Counted from the stretch's first letter, positions 51,914 through 62,329 are shown. The stretch is 64,000 bases of DNA from an uncultured Bacillota bacterium (GCA_902492995.1 CABUNR010000001.1:1580-65579); one strand, 5' to 3'. Notes: generated by a model not told the origin, from the sequence alone. Numbers and translations are program-made.

Positions 51914-53725
51914 ATGAAAAATATAAGAAATATTGCTATAATAGCACACGTAGACCACGGAAAAACAACACTAGTAGATCAATTACTTAAAAGTTCAGGA
52001 ACATTTAGAGAAAATGAACAAGTAGATGTAAGAGTAATGGATTCAAATGATCTTGAAAAAGAAAGAGGAATTACAATTTTATCAAAAACAACTGCTATAA
52101 ATTATAAGGGTTATAGAATTAATATATTAGATACTCCAGGACATGCTGACTTTGGTGGAGAAGTAGAACGTATAATGAATATGGTTGATGGAGTAATACT
52201 TGTAGTCGATGCATATGAGGGAACTATGCCTCAAACAAGATTTGTGCTTAAAAAAGCTTTAGAAGCAAAAGTAACACCTATATTAGTTGTTAATAAAATA
52301 GATAAACCAACAGCACGTCCAACAGAAGTAGTAGATGAAGTTTTAGATTTATTTATTGAATTAGGTGCAGACTTAGATCAATTAGAATTTCCAGTAATAT
52401 ATGCATCTGCACTTTCAGGAACATCAAGTTTTGATCCAGATATCAGTACTCAAAAAGAAACAATGGCTCCAATATTAGACACTATAATTGATTATATACC
52501 AGCTCCAAAAGTTGAATTAAATGGTACTTTACAATTTCAACCAGCACTTTTAGATTATAATGACTTTGTTGGAAGAATTGGAATTGGTGTTGTTAAAAGG
52601 GGAAAAATTAAAGTTAATCAAATGGTTTCATGTATTAGATTAGATGGTTCTATTAAACAATTTAGAATTGCTAAAATGTTCGGATTTATTGGTCTTAAAA
52701 GAATAGAAATAGAAGAGGCAGAAGCAGGGGATATCATTGCTATATCAGGTCTTCCTGATATAAGTGTTGGAGAAACTGTATGTGAAGTAGGATATGAAGA
52801 AGCCTTACCACATTTAAGAATTGATGAACCAACTCTTCAAATGACATTTGGTGTAAATACTTCACCATTTGTCGGTAGAGAAGGTAAATTTGTTACTGCA
52901 AGACAAATAGAAGAAAGATTAAATAAAGAAACAGAAAAAGATGTATCTCTTAAAATAGCACCAAATGATAATGAATCATTTATAGTATCAGGAAGAGGAG
53001 AACTTCATTTATCAATATTAATAGAAACAATGAGAAGAGAAGGATTTGAACTTCAAGTTTCGAAACCTGAAATAATTGTAAAAGAAATTGATGGAGTAAA
53101 AAGTGAACCATTTGAAGATGTTCAAATTGATGTACCAGAAGAATATGTAGGATCTGTAATAGAAGCTTTAGGTAATCGTGAAGGAATAATGGAAAATATG
53201 ACTAGTCATGAAAATCAAGTTAGATTAAATTATGTTGTACCATCACGTGGATTAATTGGTTTTACAACTGAATTTATGACTATGACAAAAGGATATGGAA
53301 TGTTAAACCATACCTTTAAAGAATATAGAAAAATGGCTAGTAATAATGTAGGTGAAAGAAAACTTGGTGTATTAGTTTCTATGGAAAATGGAAAATCAAC
53401 AGCATATGCAATAGGTGGATTAGAAGATAGAGGAGTTATGTTTATTGAACCTGGTGTAGATGTTTACGAAGGTATGATTGTAGGAGAACATACTCACGAT
53501 AATGATTTAGCTGTAAATGTTGTTAAAGGTAAAAATTTAACTAATACAAGAAGTGCTGGAAAAGACCATACAGTTGTATTAAAAAGACCTAGACAAATGA
53601 GTCTAGAAGTGTGCTTAGATTATATTAATAGTGATGAATTAGTTGAAATTACACCACTTAACTATAGACTACGTAAAAGAATTTTAAATACAAATGAAAG
53701 AAAAAAATTTGACAGTAAAAAATAG
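51914..53725 (+). CDS. typA: translational GTPase TypA/BipA
   Basis: Starts [22 protein letters not shown] and contains [14 protein letters not shown]. The start is set at ATG 51914 after AGGAAGTG. Confidence 0.95.
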   Translation: MKNIRNIAIIAHVDHGKTTLVDQLLKSSGTFRENEQVDVRVMDSNDLEKERGITILSKTTAINYKGYRINILDTPGHADFGGEVERIMNMVDGVILVVDAYEGTMPQTRFVLKKALEAKVTPILVVNKIDKPTARPTEVVDEVLDLFIELGADLDQLEFPVIYASALSGTSSFDPDISTQKETMAPILDTIIDYIPAPKVELNGTLQFQPALLDYNDFVGRIGIGVVKRGKIKVNQMVSCIRLDGSIKQFRIAKMFGFIGLKRIEIEEAEAGDIIAISGLPDISVGETVCEVGYEEALPHLRIDEPTLQMTFGVNTSPFVGREGKFVTARQIEERLNKETEKDVSLKIAPNDNESFIVSGRGELHLSILIETMRREGFELQVSKPEIIVKEIDGVKSEPFEDVQIDVPEEYVGSVIEALGNREGIMENMTSHENQVRLNYVVPSRGLIGFTTEFMTMTKGYGMLNHTFKEYRKMASNNVGERKLGVLVSMENGKSTAYAIGGLEDRGVMFIEPGVDVYEGMIVGEHTHDNDLAVNVVKGKNLTNTRSAGKDHTVVLKRPRQMSLEVCLDYINSDELVEITPLNYRLRKRILNTNERKKFDSKK

Positions 53726-53738
53726 GAATTATTAGTTC

Positions 53739-53981
53739 CTATTTTTCTTTTTCAAAAAATTTAACGATAGGTACTTCAAGTAAATTAGCAATTTGTTCTA
53801 AAGTATCTATTGAAATTGTTTGATGAGTTATAGATTCAAGCTTTGCTATAAAGCTATCACTTAATAATAATTTTTCTGCTAGTTCTCTTTGAGTCCACCC
53901 TTTTTTCTTCCTATATTTTTTAATATTTTTACCTATAATATTATAAATATTTTCGTTATTACTGCTCACTTTTATCACCAC
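53739..53981 (-). CDS. XRE-family helix-turn-helix transcriptional regulator
   Basis: 80 aa containing IKKYRKKKGWTQRELAEKLLLSDSFIAKLE. Confidence 0.8.
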   Translation of the reverse strand: MVIKVSSNNENIYNIIGKNIKKYRKKKGWTQRELAEKLLLSDSFIAKLESITHQTISIDTLEQIANLLEVPIVKFFEKEK

Positions 53982-54058
53982 CTTAATTTTCTCACAAAAA
54001 ATCTAAATTTGTTATAGACTAATAATCTAAATAAATGTATAATATAGTAGGTGATACA

Positions 54059-54259
54059 ATGTATTTAAAATTAAAAGATTTAAGAAAAGCAAATAATTAT
54101 ACAATATATGATATGGCAAATAAACTAAATATATCATATGTTCAATATTATTTTATTGAACATGAAAAAAGAGTTTTATATTATGATATGGCAATAAAAA
54201 TTGCTGACATTTTTAGTATGAAGCCAGATCAAATATTTTATACAAAAAAATCAAATTAA
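54059..54259 (+). CDS. XRE/Cro-like helix-turn-helix protein
   Basis: 66 aa from ATG 54059 (AGGTGA RBS; the TGTATAAT extended -10 lies within the longer track ORF). Contains LKDLRKANNYTIYDMANKLNIS. Confidence 0.7.
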   Translation: MYLKLKDLRKANNYTIYDMANKLNISYVQYYFIEHEKRVLYYDMAIKIADIFSMKPDQIFYTKKSN

Positions 54260-54816
54260 TTTATTTGATTTTTTAAATAATAATTTCTAAGTTCTTTGAA
54301 TCTTTGATAGTGTACTATTTCTCTTTGTCTTAAAAAAGCTAATGGTTTTAAAACTTCCACGTCATCAGTTAAGTCCATTAAGTGTTCATATGTAGCTCTA
54401 GCTCTTTGTTCAGCTGCCATATCACTTTCTAAATCAGTAATATGATCACCTGTTGTACTTATATAAGATGTAGTATATGGAACACCATTTGGATCGCTTA
54501 AGAAAAATGTTCCATCATGAATAGCAAAATTTCCTCCTAAGCCATTACTTTTAATTTCTTCTATAGTTGCATTTTCCATTAATTGATAAATCATTGTAGC
54601 AATCATTTCTAAATGTCCAAGTTCTTCTGTTGCAATATCAGTAAGTAAAGCCTTACCTTTAGAATCAGGCATTGAATATCTTTGATTCATGTATTGAAGT
54701 GCAGCACTTAACTCTGAATCAGGTCCACCATATTGACTCATTAAGTATTTAGCCATTTTTAAATCCTTTTTCTTTATATTAACAGGATATTGTAATTTTT
54801 TTTCATATATAAACAT
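54256..54816 (-). CDS. cotJC: spore coat protein CotJC (manganese catalase family)
   Basis: 186 aa containing YPVNIKKKDLKMAKYLMSQYGGPDSELSAALQYMNQRY and EELGHLE. Confidence 0.9.
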   Translation of the reverse strand: MFIYEKKLQYPVNIKKKDLKMAKYLMSQYGGPDSELSAALQYMNQRYSMPDSKGKALLTDIATEELGHLEMIATMIYQLMENATIEEIKSNGLGGNFAIHDGTFFLSDPNGVPYTTSYISTTGDHITDLESDMAAEQRARATYEHLMDLTDDVEVLKPLAFLRQREIVHYQRFKELRNYYLKNQIN

Positions 54817-54825
54817 ATTAACCTC

Positions 54826-55257
54826 CTAATTTTCCCAAGGCCATGGACTATCATCCCAACTCCATGGTGTTTTATTAGTAGCTTCACTACTTACTAAAAG
54901 TGGACCAAATTTTTGCTCATATTCCATCATTAATTTATTTGCTTCATTTTTATATTGATTAAATAATTCTATCATATCTTTATCATTACTATAAATATCT
55001 AAATAAAGATTTATATCATGAGCTGCGAATGATATAGCATTTAAATACAACATTAATGATTCTTTATCATTTTTAGGCATTATATCAATTGCCTTAACTT
55101 TATAATCATTATATAAATCAGGAAACATATTTCCTCTTACAAATCCATTATAAGGATCATATAAAGATGCTTTATCTTCATCTTTTGTATACATAGGATC
55201 ATTATAATTATTATTTGTATAATTATAATAATCTAATTTATTTCTATATTCGTACAT
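54826..55257 (-). CDS. cotJB: spore coat protein CotJB with a CotJA-like N-terminal extension
   Basis: 143 aa. The C-terminal part is LYLDIYSNDKDM...TPWSWDDSPWPWEN (CotJB). The N-terminal ~58 aa contain GFVRGNMFPDLYNDY, which resembles the CotJA motif. No separate cotJA lies upstream. Confidence 0.75.
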   Translation of the reverse strand: MYEYRNKLDYYNYTNNNYNDPMYTKDEDKASLYDPYNGFVRGNMFPDLYNDYKVKAIDIMPKNDKESLMLYLNAISFAAHDINLYLDIYSNDKDMIELFNQYKNEANKLMMEYEQKFGPLLVSSEATNKTPWSWDDSPWPWEN

Positions 55258-55387
55258 ATTTTTCCTCCCACAATATCGTACGTTTTTAGGTAAAAAGTGT
55301 ATAGGTTATTAACTATTTTTAAAACTTTTTAATGAAAAGTATTGTCAAATAAGTAAAAAATTGATAAAATATATTAGTAATTTAAAT

Positions 55388-55464
55388 GGCGTGATTGGTG
55401 AAGTGGTTAACACGGCGGATTGTGGTTCCGTTATGCGTGGGTTCGATCCCCACATCGCGCCCCA
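55388..55464 (+). tRNA. tRNA-His (anticodon GTG) with encoded G-1 and CCA
   Basis: Manual fold. G-1 pairs with C73. The acceptor stem is GCGUGAU/AUCGCGC. The anticodon stem GCGGA/UCCGU carries loop UUGUGGU. The T arm is GUGGG-UUCGAUC-CCCAC. The 3' end is CCA. Confidence 0.93.
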
Positions 55465-55474
55465 TTTAAAAATT

Positions 55475-55499
55475 AACTAAGAAATTCTTAGTTTTTTTT
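55475..55499 (+). terminator. rho-independent terminator after tRNA-His
   Basis: AACTAAG/CTTAGTT stem followed by T8. Confidence 0.7.
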
Positions 55500-55807
55500 A
55501 TTTAATTTTCAAAATAATATTCAATATTGTTATATTTGTCTTAAAAAAACAAAAATATAATATTAATAATTATAAAAAATTTGAAATAGATAGTTCTAAA
55601 ATTAATAGTATAAAACTAATTTCAAATGAAAGAAAAAATTGTTACAACTTATTGATAGATTGTTCTTCATCTGCTAAAATAACTTCCTTTTCAGTCATGA
55701 AAAATGATGTCTTTTACCATTTAATCCATAATTATATTGTATGATATCTAAGTTTTTCAATCTTTTTGAGTTTTTTTTATAAAAAACTAACTATTTTATT
55801 TATAGTT

Positions 55808-55840
55808 ATCTTGCTTAAATCTTGCTTAAATTTTACTTAA
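55808..55840. repeat. three tandem 11-bp units (ATCTTGCTTAA x2, ATTTTACTTAA)
   Basis: Contiguous units at 55808-55818, 55819-55829 and 55830-55840, ~220 bp upstream of the polysaccharide locus. Confidence 0.8.
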
Positions 55841-55969
55841 AATTCAAATTATCACAAAACTTAATAAATTTATAAATGAAAATTAAAAAAAGTATTAATA
55901 TCTAAAAATTGTTATCATTGAAATAAAAATAATCAACATTGATTTTTTTTTATAAAATTTAATATTTAA

Positions 55970-55998
55970 TTGATAAAACATACAAAATATGATAATAT
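55970..55998 (+). promoter_or_regulatory. candidate promoter of the polysaccharide locus (TTGATA-17-TAATAT)
   Basis: ttgata at 55970-55975 and taatat at 55993-55998, ~60 nt upstream of ATG 56059. The AT-rich context lowers specificity. Confidence 0.35.
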
Positions 55999-56058
55999 AT
56001 TTATGATTTTACACGAATTTGGCATATTGGTAATTTTTTATGAAAGTAAGGGGTAAAA

Positions 56059-56721
56059 ATGAGGGAAAAAAGACGAAATTGGAATAATAAAAAATCATTA
56101 TATGAAATAGTAAAAAGAATAATAGATATAATTATTTCATTAATAGGAATTATTATATTATCACCTTTAATGCTTCTAATAGCAGTTTTAATTAGAATAG
56201 ATAGTGAAGGAGATATTATATTCAGTCAATCAAGAACTGGAAAATATGGTAATAAATTTGATGTGTGGAAGTTTAGAACAATGGAATCAAATAATGATGT
56301 AAGAGATTTTTCTAAAGGAGATCAACATACAAAGATAGGAACATTTTTAAGAAAAACGAGTTTAGATGAACTACCACAACTATTTAATATATTATTAGGT
56401 TCAATGAGTTTTATAGGTCCAAGACCATGGATTCCAGAATATTTTGATAATATGAATGAAATACAAAAACATAGAGTAGATGTAAATCCTGGTTTAACAG
56501 GCCTTGCACAATCTAAAGGAAGAAATAGTATTTCAATATTTGATAAAATAAATTATGATTTAGAATATATAGATAAATATTCATTTGTAGAAGATATAAA
56601 AGTAGTATTTTATACAATAAAAACAGTATTAAAAAAAGAAGGAGCAGATGCTGGTAAATCAACAATACAAAATGAAATAGAAGATTTAAAAAAGCAAAAA
56701 AAGGAGGAGGTGCCTGCTTGA
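56059..56721 (+). CDS. undecaprenyl-phosphate sugar phosphotransferase (small PglC/EpsL-type initiating transferase)
   Basis: 220 aa with one N-terminal membrane hairpin. Contains KFRTM, DELPQL and GPRP. Confidence 0.88.
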   Translation: MREKRRNWNNKKSLYEIVKRIIDIIISLIGIIILSPLMLLIAVLIRIDSEGDIIFSQSRTGKYGNKFDVWKFRTMESNNDVRDFSKGDQHTKIGTFLRKTSLDELPQLFNILLGSMSFIGPRPWIPEYFDNMNEIQKHRVDVNPGLTGLAQSKGRNSISIFDKINYDLEYIDKYSFVEDIKVVFYTIKTVLKKEGADAGKSTIQNEIEDLKKQKKEEVPA

Positions 56722-57866
56722 AAAAAGTATTATTTACTGCAACAGTAGATTCGCATATATTACAATTTCATCTTCCTTTTTTGAAACTCTTTAAGGACAA
56801 AGGATATGAAGTTCATGTTGCAACAAATGGAACAGAAGAAATTCCATATTGCGATGTTAAACATACTGTTTCATTTGAAAGAAGCCCATTTAAAATAAAT
56901 AATTTAAAAGCAATAAAACAATTAAAAAAAATAATAGAAGAAGAAAAATTTGATATTATACATACTCATACACCAATGGGATCGGTAGTTACTAGATTAG
57001 CAGCTAAAAATGCAAGAAAAAAATATCATACAAGAGTCATTTACACGGCACATGGTCTACATTTTTTCAAAGGAGCCCCTTTGAAAAACTGGATAATGTT
57101 TTATCCAGTTGAAAAATATTTGTCAAAATATACTGATACTCTTATCTTAATAAATCAAGAAGATTATGAATTATGTAAAAGAAAATTTAAAAAATGTAAA
57201 GATATACAATATGTACCAGGTGTCGGTATAGATGAAGAAAAGTTTAATTTTACAATGACAGAAGAAGAAAAATTAGAATTAAGAGAATCACTAGGCTTGA
57301 AAAAAGATGATTTTGTTATGATATATCCAGCTGAAATATCTAAAAGAAAAAGACAAGAATGGTTGATAAATTCAATAAGCAATTTATTAAAAGCAAACAA
57401 TAATATTCATTTATTACTACCAGGGCAAGATAGTTTAAATGGAAAATGTCAAGATTTAGTAAAAAAAATAAATTTAGAACAACAAATTCATTTTTTAGGA
57501 TATAGAAAAGATATACCAAGATTACTTAAAATATCAGATTTAGCAGTATCTAGTTCAAATCAAGAAGGGCTTCCCGTAAATATAATGGAAGCAATGTATG
57601 TAGGTCTTCCTATTGTTGCTACAAATTGTAGAGGTAATAGAGACTTAGTTCAAAATGGGATTAATGGGTATTTAGTTGAAATAAATAATCATGTTAGATT
57701 TACTAATTTAATATATGATATTTTTAGTTGTAAAAATATTAGTGAAAAATTTAGCTATGAAAATAATAAAAAAATAAAAAAATTTTTATTAGATAAAATA
57801 AGTATATCAATATTTGAAATATACGAAGGAGTCTTAGATGAAAATAAAAATAAAAAAAATATTTAA
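56718..57866 (+). CDS. glycosyltransferase, GT4 (group 1) family
   Basis: 382 aa with a TTG start after GGAGGAGGTG. Contains the EGLPVNIMEAMYVGLPIVAT (EX7E) motif. Confidence 0.85.
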   Translation: MKKVLFTATVDSHILQFHLPFLKLFKDKGYEVHVATNGTEEIPYCDVKHTVSFERSPFKINNLKAIKQLKKIIEEEKFDIIHTHTPMGSVVTRLAAKNARKKYHTRVIYTAHGLHFFKGAPLKNWIMFYPVEKYLSKYTDTLILINQEDYELCKRKFKKCKDIQYVPGVGIDEEKFNFTMTEEEKLELRESLGLKKDDFVMIYPAEISKRKRQEWLINSISNLLKANNNIHLLLPGQDSLNGKCQDLVKKINLEQQIHFLGYRKDIPRLLKISDLAVSSSNQEGLPVNIMEAMYVGLPIVATNCRGNRDLVQNGINGYLVEINNHVRFTNLIYDIFSCKNISEKFSYENNKKIKKFLLDKISISIFEIYEGVLDENKNKKNI

Positions 57867-58974
57867 AATCTTCTTTTGTATGATAAAATATCAGTTTTTT
57901 GTAATGTATTGTAAATTTTTTAAAATTGATAATGGACATGTATGGTTAATTTCAGAACGAGGAAATGATGCAAGAGATAATTCATATCATTTATATAAAT
58001 ATATTAAAAAGAATCATCCAGAAATTTGCGTTAAATATATTATTGATAAAAAGTCAGCTGATAGAAAGAAAATAGATTCAGAAGATATTGTTAATTATTG
58101 CTCAAATTTACATTATATTTTATTTATTACATCAGGTAGATTAATAAGCACACATATTATGGGTTTTTCTCCAGATATGAGTCTTTTTTGGAGACTAAAT
58201 AAAATAGGATTATTAAGGGTAAAAGGGAAAAAAATTATGCTTCAACATGGAATAACACAGAATTATTTAGAATTTATGAATAAAAAAACATCTAAATTAG
58301 ATTTATTCATTTGTGGTGCAAAACCAGAATATAAATTTATTCTTGATAATTTTGGATATAATAAAAAAGTTGTAAAATATACAGGTTTTGCTAGATTTGA
58401 TAATTTAAAAAATGAATTTAAAAATCAAATATTAATTATGCCAACATTTAGAAAATGGTTAAATTATTCAGATAATTTTATAGATTCAAATTATTATAAA
58501 AAATGGAATGAACTTTTAAATAATAAAGAATTGATAAATTATTTAGAAAAAAACAATATAAATTTATATTTTTATCCTCACTATGAAATTCAAAAAAATA
58601 TTAATGACTTTAAAAGTATTTCTAAAAATATAATTATTGCAGATTTTAAAAATTATGATGTTCAAAAATTACTAATTGATTCAAAATTATTAATCACAGA
58701 TTATTCTAGCGTTTTTTTTGATTTTGCTTATATGAATAAACCAGTAATTTATTACCAATTCGATTTATATGAATTTAGAAAAAAACATTATAAAGAAGGC
58801 TATTTTGATTATGAAACTATGGGATTTGGACCTGTTTGTAAGTCATCAAGAGATGTTGTTTTAAATATTATTAATTATAAATTTGACTATAAGGAAAGAG
58901 TCCAAAAATTTTTTGAATACAATGATAAATCAAATTGTGAAAGAATTTACAATGAAATTTTAAAAATAAAATAG
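57838..58974 (+). CDS. CDP-glycerol glycerophosphotransferase (TagB/TagF family)
   Basis: 378 aa with AAGGAG upstream. ITDYSSVFFDFAYMNKPVIYYQFD is typical of TagF-family C-terminal domains. Confidence 0.8.
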   Translation: MKIKIKKIFKIFFCMIKYQFFVMYCKFFKIDNGHVWLISERGNDARDNSYHLYKYIKKNHPEICVKYIIDKKSADRKKIDSEDIVNYCSNLHYILFITSGRLISTHIMGFSPDMSLFWRLNKIGLLRVKGKKIMLQHGITQNYLEFMNKKTSKLDLFICGAKPEYKFILDNFGYNKKVVKYTGFARFDNLKNEFKNQILIMPTFRKWLNYSDNFIDSNYYKKWNELLNNKELINYLEKNNINLYFYPHYEIQKNINDFKSISKNIIIADFKNYDVQKLLIDSKLLITDYSSVFFDFAYMNKPVIYYQFDLYEFRKKHYKEGYFDYETMGFGPVCKSSRDVVLNIINYKFDYKERVQKFFEYNDKSNCERIYNEILKIK

Positions 58975-58982
58975 GGGTGTTG

Positions 58983-59999
58983 ATGTATATGAAAAATAGA
59001 AATATAAATATTGAAATATTAAGAATAATTTCAATGTTTATGGTAATAATATTACATTTTTTATATCACGGACATGTGTTAGAAAATTTAAAATTTGAAA
59101 TAAGTATTTATAATTTTTTAATCATTTTTTTAGAAACATTTTCTATTGTTGCAGTGAATATATATATATTAATTAGTGCATATTATTTATCACAAAAAAA
59201 TGTAGAATTAACAAAGATAAAAAAAATATATTTAAAGACATTCATTATATCAATTATTATTGGAATAATATTATTATTATTAAAACAAATTGAATTTAAT
59301 TTAAAAAATATAATTACTATTTGTTTGCCATTTACAATGCAATTGTATTGGTTTGTAAATGCATATTTAATTTTACTTTTCTTGTCACCATATATTAACA
59401 TGATTATTGATAGATTTAATCAAAATGAATTAAAAAAAATATTAATAACATTATTAGTTATTAATTCAATTATTCCTTTTATTTCAATGAATACAGTTTT
59501 ACTAACAACAGGAAATTCTGTTTTCTGGTTTATAAATTTATATTTAATTGCTGGTTATATTAAAAAGTACAATATTTCACTTTCATTAAAAAAAAATATA
59601 TTCTTTTATTTATTGATATTGCTTCTTATGAGTTGTTTCAACTTAATAATTTATAAAAATTTTGGATTATTGCTTATGTTAAGATTTTTAAATTATAATA
59701 ATATTTGGGTATTAATATTATCAGTTCTAGTGTTTCTATTATTTATTAATTCTAAGCAAAAATATAGTCGTAATTTAGAAAAGTTTATTATGTTTTTTTC
59801 TAAATCCACATTTGCAGTTTATTTAATAAGTGATAATAAATTTGTTAGAGAGATATTATGGAAAAATCTTATAGACACTTTAAAATATAATAATAACATT
59901 TATATGATTATATACATAATATTAAATTCTATTTTAATTTTTTTAGCGTGTGTTATTTGTGATAAAATCATAAATAGTTTTAAAATTTTTAGAAGGTGA
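58983..59999 (+). CDS. acyltransferase family 3 membrane protein (polysaccharide O-acetyltransferase)
   Basis: Polytopic. NINIEILRIISMFMVIILH is typical of the family N-terminus. The start among GTG 58977, ATG 58983 and ATG 58989 is uncertain. Confidence 0.8.
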   Translation: MYMKNRNINIEILRIISMFMVIILHFLYHGHVLENLKFEISIYNFLIIFLETFSIVAVNIYILISAYYLSQKNVELTKIKKIYLKTFIISIIIGIILLLLKQIEFNLKNIITICLPFTMQLYWFVNAYLILLFLSPYINMIIDRFNQNELKKILITLLVINSIIPFISMNTVLLTTGNSVFWFINLYLIAGYIKKYNISLSLKKNIFFYLLILLLMSCFNLIIYKNFGLLLMLRFLNYNNIWVLILSVLVFLLFINSKQKYSRNLEKFIMFFSKSTFAVYLISDNKFVREILWKNLIDTLKYNNNIYMIIYIILNSILIFLACVICDKIINSFKIFRR

Positions 60000-60005
60000 A
60001 AAAAT

Positions 60006-61175
60006 ATGATATTATATTTAATTTGTTTTTTATGTTTTATTTTCTTTCCAGTATTAAGTATATTTGTTTCATTATTTTGCTATATCATTGATAAAAATAG
60101 AAAAGGAATTTTTTATTCAATATTAATTGGTCTTACGTTAGGCATTATTTCTTATTATTTCATACCACCGATTGACTATGATTTGTTTAGACATCATTTA
60201 GTTGTTGAAGAATTTAATGGATTAAATTTTAAAAATTTCTTTTTAATTGCTAAAAATATTGATCTTGAATTTATTCCTAAAATATACAGCTATTTTATTA
60301 GCATTTTAGGAAATAATGACCTTTTACAATTTTTTATTGTATCGTTAGGTTATACTATATTATTCTATATGTTATATGATTATAGAAAACAAAGTTGTAT
60401 AAATAACGGATTATTTATATTTATAACAATATTTATTATTTTTGGGTTTAATGCATTATACTTTATAAGCGGATTGTATTGCTATATTGCAATGATTATT
60501 TTTTCATTTGGAATATATAATGAATATATAAAATGTAATAACAAAATAGTTTCATATATTCTTTATATATTGGTATTGTTTATTCACAATTCTTTGTTTT
60601 TTGCATTTGCAATATACTTATTTTATAAATTATTTAAAAACAAACTGAATTATAAAAATATTTTTATTTGTTTGCTTTGTCTATTTTTTTTGAATTATTT
60701 TGTTGGATTTTTAAATTCGATTATTAATTTAGAAATAATAAATAAACTAAATGAGACATATAATCATTATTTAATTAGAAATGATTATATGAAAAAATTT
60801 TATAGCGGAATAATATTTTTTATAGAAATTTCGAAACTTTTAATGATATTAATATGTATATTTTTGCAAAAAGAAAAAAATAAATTTTCGGGAGTAAATG
60901 GGTATATTATATTACTTAGTATATGTACGATTTTAATGATTCCCAAATCAATTGTTATGATTAGATTTATTATGATAATACAATTTTTAGGAATAATTCC
61001 AATTTTTGATTACTTCAGTAAAGTAAATAAAAATAAAATTTTGTTATTAATAATAATAATATTTTTGGATTTGATTTATATAGGCTTTTTTTATAGAAGT
61101 TTTAGAAATGAAAATTTTGGTGGCTTATTAGATAAGAAATTAATAGAAAATGTTTTCTCTATTTTTAGAAAATGA
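60006..61175 (+). CDS. EpsG-family / Wzy-like polysaccharide polymerase
   Basis: 389 aa with >10 TM segments. Located in a Wzx-containing locus. Family assignment rests on topology and context only. Confidence 0.55.
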   Translation: MILYLICFLCFIFFPVLSIFVSLFCYIIDKNRKGIFYSILIGLTLGIISYYFIPPIDYDLFRHHLVVEEFNGLNFKNFFLIAKNIDLEFIPKIYSYFISILGNNDLLQFFIVSLGYTILFYMLYDYRKQSCINNGLFIFITIFIIFGFNALYFISGLYCYIAMIIFSFGIYNEYIKCNNKIVSYILYILVLFIHNSLFFAFAIYLFYKLFKNKLNYKNIFICLLCLFFLNYFVGFLNSIINLEIINKLNETYNHYLIRNDYMKKFYSGIIFFIEISKLLMILICIFLQKEKNKFSGVNGYIILLSICTILMIPKSIVMIRFIMIIQFLGIIPIFDYFSKVNKNKILLLIIIIFLDLIYIGFFYRSFRNENFGGLLDKKLIENVFSIFRK

Positions 61176-61240
61176 TTTTATAATTTAAATTGATATAGAA
61201 AGGAATCTAATAATTTAGATATTAGACAATACGTGATAAT

Positions 61241-62329
61241 ATGAAAATAATGCAAGTAAATAATACAATGAATATTGGAGGAATTGAATCGTTTTTGATG
61301 AATATATATAGAAATATTAATCTTCAGAAATATGAATTCGTATTTTTGACATATAATGATGAAAAATATGATTTTGAAGATGAAATATTATCATTAGGAG
61401 GAAAAATATTAAGAATATCAAATCCAAATAAAGTTTCAATTTTTAGACATATTTATCAGTTGTATTCTATTATGAAAAAAGAAAAGCCTGATGTTGTACA
61501 TTGTCATACACATTTTAATTGTGCGTATGTAATGTTTGCTGCGGCATGCGCAGGAATAAAGATAAGAATTACTCATTCTCATTCAACATATGCAAAATTA
61601 GAAAAACGTTTAATAAAAAGGATTAAGTGGTTTTTTTCTAGAAAAATAATTAATTTTTTTTCAACAAATAAACTTGCATGTAGTACTGAAGCGGGAGAGG
61701 CTTTATATAATGATCATAAATTTATAGTTATACCAAATGGAATTGATTTAGAAAAATATTCATTTTCTGAATCAAAACGTAAAGAATTGAGAAAAAAATA
61801 TAAGATTGATGATAATTGCATTGTTATTGGTCATGTTGGAAGATTAGATATTCCAAAAAATCATATGTTTTTATTAGAAATCTTTAAATGTTTTTTAATG
61901 AAAAATGAAAATACAAAATTAATCTTAGTAGGAAGTGGTCCTCTTGAAAATAAAATAAAAAATTATATAGAAAAAGCCAAGATAAATGATAAAGTAATTA
62001 TGATGGGAAATAGAAATGATGTATATGATATATACAATATGTTTGATATATTTATTTTCCCATCATTGTATGAAGGGTTACCTGTAACATTGGTAGAAGC
62101 GCAAGCAAATGGATTACAAATATTTGCAAGTGATAACATTTCACACGAAATAAAAATTTCGGAAAATTTGAATTTTTATAATTTAAAAAATACGGCAGAA
62201 CAATGGGCTAATAATATTTATTATAATTATAAAGAAAGAATCGAATCGAATGTTGTAATAAAAAATTCAATCTATTCAATAAATAATACAATTAATGAAT
62301 TAGTAAAAATTTATGGTGGTGATAATTAA
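61241..62329 (+). CDS. glycosyltransferase, GT4 (group 1) family
   Basis: 362 aa containing GGIESF and EGLPVTLVEAQANGLQIFAS (EX7E). Confidence 0.85.
   Translation: MKIMQVNNTMNIGGIESFLMNIYRNINLQKYEFVFLTYNDEKYDFEDEILSLGGKILRISNPNKVSIFRHIYQLYSIMKKEKPDVVHCHTHFNCAYVMFAAACAGIKIRITHSHSTYAKLEKRLIKRIKWFFSRKIINFFSTNKLACSTEAGEALYNDHKFIVIPNGIDLEKYSFSESKRKELRKKYKIDDNCIVIGHVGRLDIPKNHMFLLEIFKCFLMKNENTKLILVGSGPLENKIKNYIEKAKINDKVIMMGNRNDVYDIYNMFDIFIFPSLYEGLPVTLVEAQANGLQIFASDNISHEIKISENLNFYNLKNTAEQWANNIYYNYKERIESNVVIKNSIYSINNTINELVKIYGGDN

Noticed and set aside
55640-55745. Short minus-strand ORFs (e.g. MTEKEVILADEEQSINKL, MVKDIIFHD) downstream of tRNA-His as genes or an integrase remnant
   Set aside because: They are too short and have no RBS or recognisable motif. 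They cannot be distinguished from chance ORFs. Mentioned only as possible debris in the intergenic finding.
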